A stretch of DNA of 64,000 bases from Raillietiella orientalis (Eukaryota). This document shows positions 59,440 through 64,000 of the stretch, piece by piece. The stretch spans positions 1,488,001-1,552,000 of the forward strand of contig JAYWIR010000027.1 of NCBI GenBank assembly GCA_036172245.1, read 5' to 3'. The position numbers were made by a program, and so were the translations under genes. The notes beneath the pieces were generated by a model. The model ran no database searches. It had not been told where the DNA came from and saw only the letters and a program-made list of their open reading frames with translations. The first letter of the stretch is position 1. The number at the start of each line of letters is the position of its first letter.

Positions 59440-62100
59440 CCCTAAGAGATCACTGCTTGTTTGACGAAACCATGGAAACAGCCTACACGACCAGCGCGCT
59501 TCTTCACGCAGATGGGTCTTCCACGATGCTGGGTGGTCCGAGGGCTCCGAATGGTCAATTCTTTACGTATCCGAAGCGCCAACTCTCCCCGATCCTCCTC
59601 CCCCTCATCGCTGTCATCATTGAAGGCATGACCGCCGTTTGCATCATCTTCACCAACGACGTTGTCATGGTCACCGCCACCGTCATCCTCTCCTCCTCCT
59701 CCTCCTCCTCCTACTGCTCGCCGCAGCGGTTAACCCTTGATCCGCCTCCCGCGGGTGCAGCAGAGGTTCCGCAGCAGCCACCCCCCTGTTTCCCCCTCCT
59801 TTCTCGGACTGTGAGAAGCAGCGAGGTCTGTCCCGGGTCTTCCGGCGAGGGACGCGCGCGCGCAGCGAGTCCCGCCGAATACTGCGTCACAGATACAGTC
59901 GCCTCCGCGCGGTTTCCGCCCCCGCCTTCCTCTACCGGCTTCGGGGGTGCCGCGTGAGCTCGGCGGTCGTCGACGCGGCAGGCGGAAGCCACCGCCGCCG
60001 CCGCCTCTCTCGTCCGCAAGAGGAGCCACCCGCGACGTTGTCACCGCCGTCCTCCTCGCAGCTCGACCTCCTCCTGGCCCCCTGCCTGCCGCGTCTCTGC
60101 GCGCGTTCCTCGGACGGCGTGGGCGCCACTGCGGACGGTGGTGGTCGACGCACCACCGTCCGCGTGCTCCTCCAGCCCGAAGGGCACGAAGGCTCCCTCA
60201 AGGCCGCCGACGGTACGCGCATGCCCTCTTCCATCGTGTCGGGCCCGGTCACGCCGACCTCTCCTTCCCCCCCAGGGAGCTCTCGCGCGACTCATCGTTT
60301 CCTCCCCCTCCTCCCCTTCTCGCACCCGTGCCGCTCGTGCGTGCACGCAGTTCCCACACTCTTCAGGTGTGGGAACTCGCGGCTCCTCCGTGGAGAGGCG
60401 GCGCTCCTCTACCCGCGCTGGCCCCCTCCCGATGTCCCCCTCCGGGGTCTTCAGTCCAAGAGAGGCGATCCCGGCTTTACTTCTGCTGGCCGAGGGGCCT
60501 TCCGCTGGCTTCTCCGATCGGTCGCTCCCTGGGAGCCGTCAGAGAAGGAATCGACTGCGGAACCCGACGATGGAGACGGCGGAAGGGCCCGCGGGGACCG
60601 GCCGCAGCGCCGCTTCCGGTGGCGCCCTTCGGGAGGGAACTCCTGCCTTATCGCTCCTGGAAGCAGATAGGCATCTGGCAGGCGGTGGAGATGAGGAGGA
60701 AGAGATTAGGGTCCTGGGAGATGCTGCGGGCGGGGAGGAGGCGGTCGGAGACACCGCGGGCGCTCGCGAGTCGGAGTACGGGGGAGAGGGGAGGGAGGAG
60801 TGCCAATCGCGCAGGAGGGAAGGGGGCGGAAGCAGCCAATCAGGAGGGGAGGAAGTGGAGAGGCGGCGGCCCTACCCGCCGACAGTTCTCTTGCTTGCCT
60901 TGAGGACTACACCCCGGTCTCCTTGCCTTCCTCAGACCCCGCAGACGCAGCAGTGGCGCCGCCGTGGTCGCTGGCGACCAGGCAAAGCTCCACGGAGGCG
61001 CCGCGCTGCCTGCAAAGCGCGCGCGGTGGCGGAAAGCCAGCAGCGCTCCTTCGCTTCCCCGGGACCGTACCGCCAGCCGAAGCGACACGTACCCGTAGAC
61101 CGGATGACTAGACTCGTGGGCCAGAGCCTAGGCGGGGGGGGCTCGGTCCCCACACGTGGCGAAAAGCCTGAAACAAATTCCGATGGACAAAAGCCCACGA
61201 GATCCGAGCTGCGCCTGCGCGCGCGGGCTGCTGCAAAGAAAGCGACCGAGCCTGCACGCCGCGGAAAAGCGCACGCAGACTCAGAAAAAAAAAAAAAAAA
61301 AAAAAGCAAAAACACACACACACACACACGACAAAGCAAAGCCAAAAAAAGAACGGAAGAAAAACAAAAACAAACAGACGCACAAAAACTCCAAAAACGC
61401 ACGTGCGCGAGGCGAAACGAAGTGTTCGGGATGCAACCATGGAAACCGGGAGCTGGCGCTCGCCGGCCGGTTCGCAGGTGATCTCCGTTCCCTTCGCCCT
61501 CCCAGAGCGCGCCCCCAGTCCACACCGGCCGCATCCCGCTGCTCCTGTTCGTCCCGGGAGGGAGGCGGATCTCCCCTCCCGACGAACCCTCGCGACCAGG
61601 AAGATCACCGTTGCCGGGACAGCCGGCTCCCTGCTTGTCCCGGAGCGCTCTCCTCTCGCGCTCCTTCCAGATGAGTAATCTGCCAATATGTCACAGCTAG
61701 CACACACGTGTTCCGTGTCACACACCGGTGCGGTACGAAAAAGCAGGAAGAAGGGCAGGGTACCTGGCTGCTCTCTGGTGAAGATCATCCTCTTCTTTGT
61801 GCTGGAATTCCTCAAGCGGAGGTGGAACAAACCTTTCCCCCCCCCCCCCCCTTTTTCCGCTCAGGAAAGGGAAACCTGCCCAGCGGCACGGAAAGTGGGC
61901 AGATCGACGAGCGCTCGGAAGCTGGTTGGATCGGTGCCTCATCTGAGAACACGCGCACACACGGGACGAACCTCCGAAACGCAGCCCATCCCCACCGCTC
62001 CCCCCCCCCCAAGAAGCGTGGATGGTTGCGAGAGCCGGCTGGCGAGCTGCTCTTGACCTCCAGAACAAACAGCCAAGAGATCTCTTGGACCGATTTTCCA
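59440..62100 (-). other. Possible spliced gene with low-complexity acidic/charged exons, product unknown
   Basis: Candidate exon 61810-61764 joins 61679 onward to give EFQHKEEDDLHQRAARLLIWKERERRALRDKQ. An open minus-strand block at ~59713-59445 reads GGGGEDDGGGDHDNVVGEDDANGGHAFNDDSDEGEEDRGELALRIRKEL. No domain recognised. Confidence 0.25.
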
Positions 62101-64000
62101 CCTGCGGCGGAATCCCGCTGGCGCAGCGAGAGCACACGCGTGCAGCGTAGTACGCTACGCGCGTGACGGTGCGCAGAGCTCGCCGCGGTGCAATGCATCA
62201 TCGTCGCCCGAGGCGATCATCGCGACACACAACACGTCAACTCTTGCGGTCTGCTGCGGTCGTCGGTGCTGTGTTTTGCACGGGCGCTTTGGAAGTGTCG
62301 TGCGATTCGCGCTCGGGGGAACGTTTGGCGGTGTGACACGGAGCCACGCGTGCGAACGACGTGCACGCACGCAACACACGTTCCCGTGCGGAACGTGCGC
62401 AGGCAGAAGGGACAGGCGAGGGGTTGACAGTTTCCCTTATTCCGGGAAGTTAACAGCTCCCTCCGTCACACTCGTCGTACTGCTACGCACACGATGAGGT
62501 TTCCATTGAGATCGAGTTTTTTCCTTCCTCTCTCCTCTTTCTCTCTCCTTTCAAGGGCGTCCCCCGAACGGTTGATGCTCCCCGTGGTTGTTCCTAGAGA
62601 GTTTTGCTTCTGTACCACCACCACCACCACCGCTTTCCCTCAACTTCTTTTCCAGAAAAACGTGTGCCCGCCCCCTCCTCCCGTCCCCACAAAAAAAGTG
62701 TTTCGAGGAGCTGGTCGCACCTGCTAATTTTCATTGAGCTCTCTTGTCGTTCCTTTGACCTTTTTTTTTTTTTGTTCCCTGATGAATCCTGGTGGTGGTT
62801 CAAGCCCACAGGAAACGAGGTACACACACACACACACAAAAGACCGTCATAATATGTACATGTTGGGAAGATTCGCCAGAGGTGTACAAACGAATTTTTG
62901 CATTTCAGCAAGGAGGAACCAGCCGTTTCCGAACAATGGAGTCTTCAAAGATAAGTTTCCATGGAGATGATCCACGTCAAGCCCGCCGTCAAAAATAGCC
63001 AGAAAGCCGCGGAGGAAGAGCATTAAATCTTCGCGCCAATCCAAGCTGATGATTACGATCAAAGCTCTGCGAGATCCGCGCTGCGATCTCCCGAAATAAT
63101 CCAATGATTTTTTTCGTGCTCTCCGATTACGACGTTGACGGACTGCGATGATGTTCTTCCCTTTGAGATCGCGGCGAACAGCGTCCGTTTGTTTTGTTTT
63201 TTTTTTTTTTTTGTTTTTTTTTTGTTTTTTTTGTTTTTTCCCATCCCCGAACCGTCACCTCGGTGCCCCGATCTAACAAACAATCGTTGGAAAGCGAGAG
63301 CGATGAAACCTTTTCCTTCTAATTTAGAGAGGGGGGGGGGGGAGAGTGATGCGCGTTAGCGCTCCCCCCCCTCTCCCTCCTTTTCTTCTCCGGATCCTCC
63401 CTCCCCTCCAGGCTGAGAGCGTCATTAAAGCAACCTGCGCGTTTCCGCAACAACAAGCGTTTTTTTTTTTTTTTTTTTTCCTTCTTCCTCTCGTTGGAGT
63501 GAAGGGAGGGGAGAGAGGGGAGGGGGGAGGGGGGAAGGGAGAGAGCACAAAATGCCCGGCTTGCACTCAGCAAGATTGCAGGAAGAGAAAATGACTGGAG
63601 GAGCACCCGTGAAGAGGGGGGGGGGGGGGGGGAAGGATGTTGCTGCAGGAACGCGCGCGTCACTTCGCTTGCACTTTCTTCGACGAGCCGCAGCCCCGAA
63701 GCGATCTGCAGGAAGGGGGACAGCTGTTGCTGCAGAACGGGGGGAGTACTCCGGGAAACAAGGAACAGAGGGGGAGGGGATCTGGTCTTCAGCCCGGGGA
63801 GTTCGAAGGACGCGGGCGCGAGCGCGCACGTGAGACAGAGAGGGGGAAGAGGCAGATGGGGGCCAAGCGCGCGGCTGGCGTTTCCCAGCAACCGCTTTGC
63901 ACAAAGCGGACGAGTCAGCAACGGAGGAAAGAAAACGAAAAAATAAAAAAAACCTCGGCCGCTGCGAGTGCTGCAGGAAAGGGGAAGTCGGAAAGCGCGC

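Noticed and set aside
60138..61481. 447 aa plus-strand ORF
   Set aside because: Runs through poly-A and CA repeats, has no domain, and lies in GC-rich sequence where overlapping frames are also open.
61764..61810. KKRMIFTREQ resembling a homeodomain N-terminal arm
   Set aside because: No helix 1-3 or WFxNRR exon found downstream in any frame I read; likely chance.

Overview
Eukaryotic (invertebrate, probably nematode-like) genomic DNA with very short spliceosomal introns (38-60 nt). Two AT-rich, CpG-poor housekeeping genes bracket a GC/CpG-rich field of decayed transposons of about 40 kb. These genes are the 3' end of 6-phosphogluconate dehydrogenase (1-749, +) and glycogen branching enzyme (~47.0-49.6 kb, -, 11 introns mapped). 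The dominant structure is a ~19.6 kb palindrome: two ~8.1 kb arms (18309-26418 and 29822-37932) around a 3.4 kb spacer, differing by only about 3 substitutions and 1 indel that I could see. Each arm carries an intact, intronless cytidine deaminase gene, followed ~105 nt downstream by a frameshifted MRPS30/mL65-like pseudogene that the ORF track does not reveal. Both breakpoints of the apparent parent arm lie in retroelement relics, the outer one in a degenerate (AACCT/TTAGG)-like pentamer tract. The rest of the central field holds co-oriented, partly head-to-tail copies of a decayed L1/Tx1-like LINE that seems to lack ORF1 and ends in a conserved AATAAA+hairpin; a ~750 bp tRNA-headed SINE with internal ~40 bp repeats; a Mutator-type MITE; and hAT, Ty3/gypsy and RTE-like relics. 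The last 10 kb is homopolymer- and microsatellite-rich with only weak hints of exons. All assignments are by-eye motif recognition; no searches were run and transposon boundaries are approximate.
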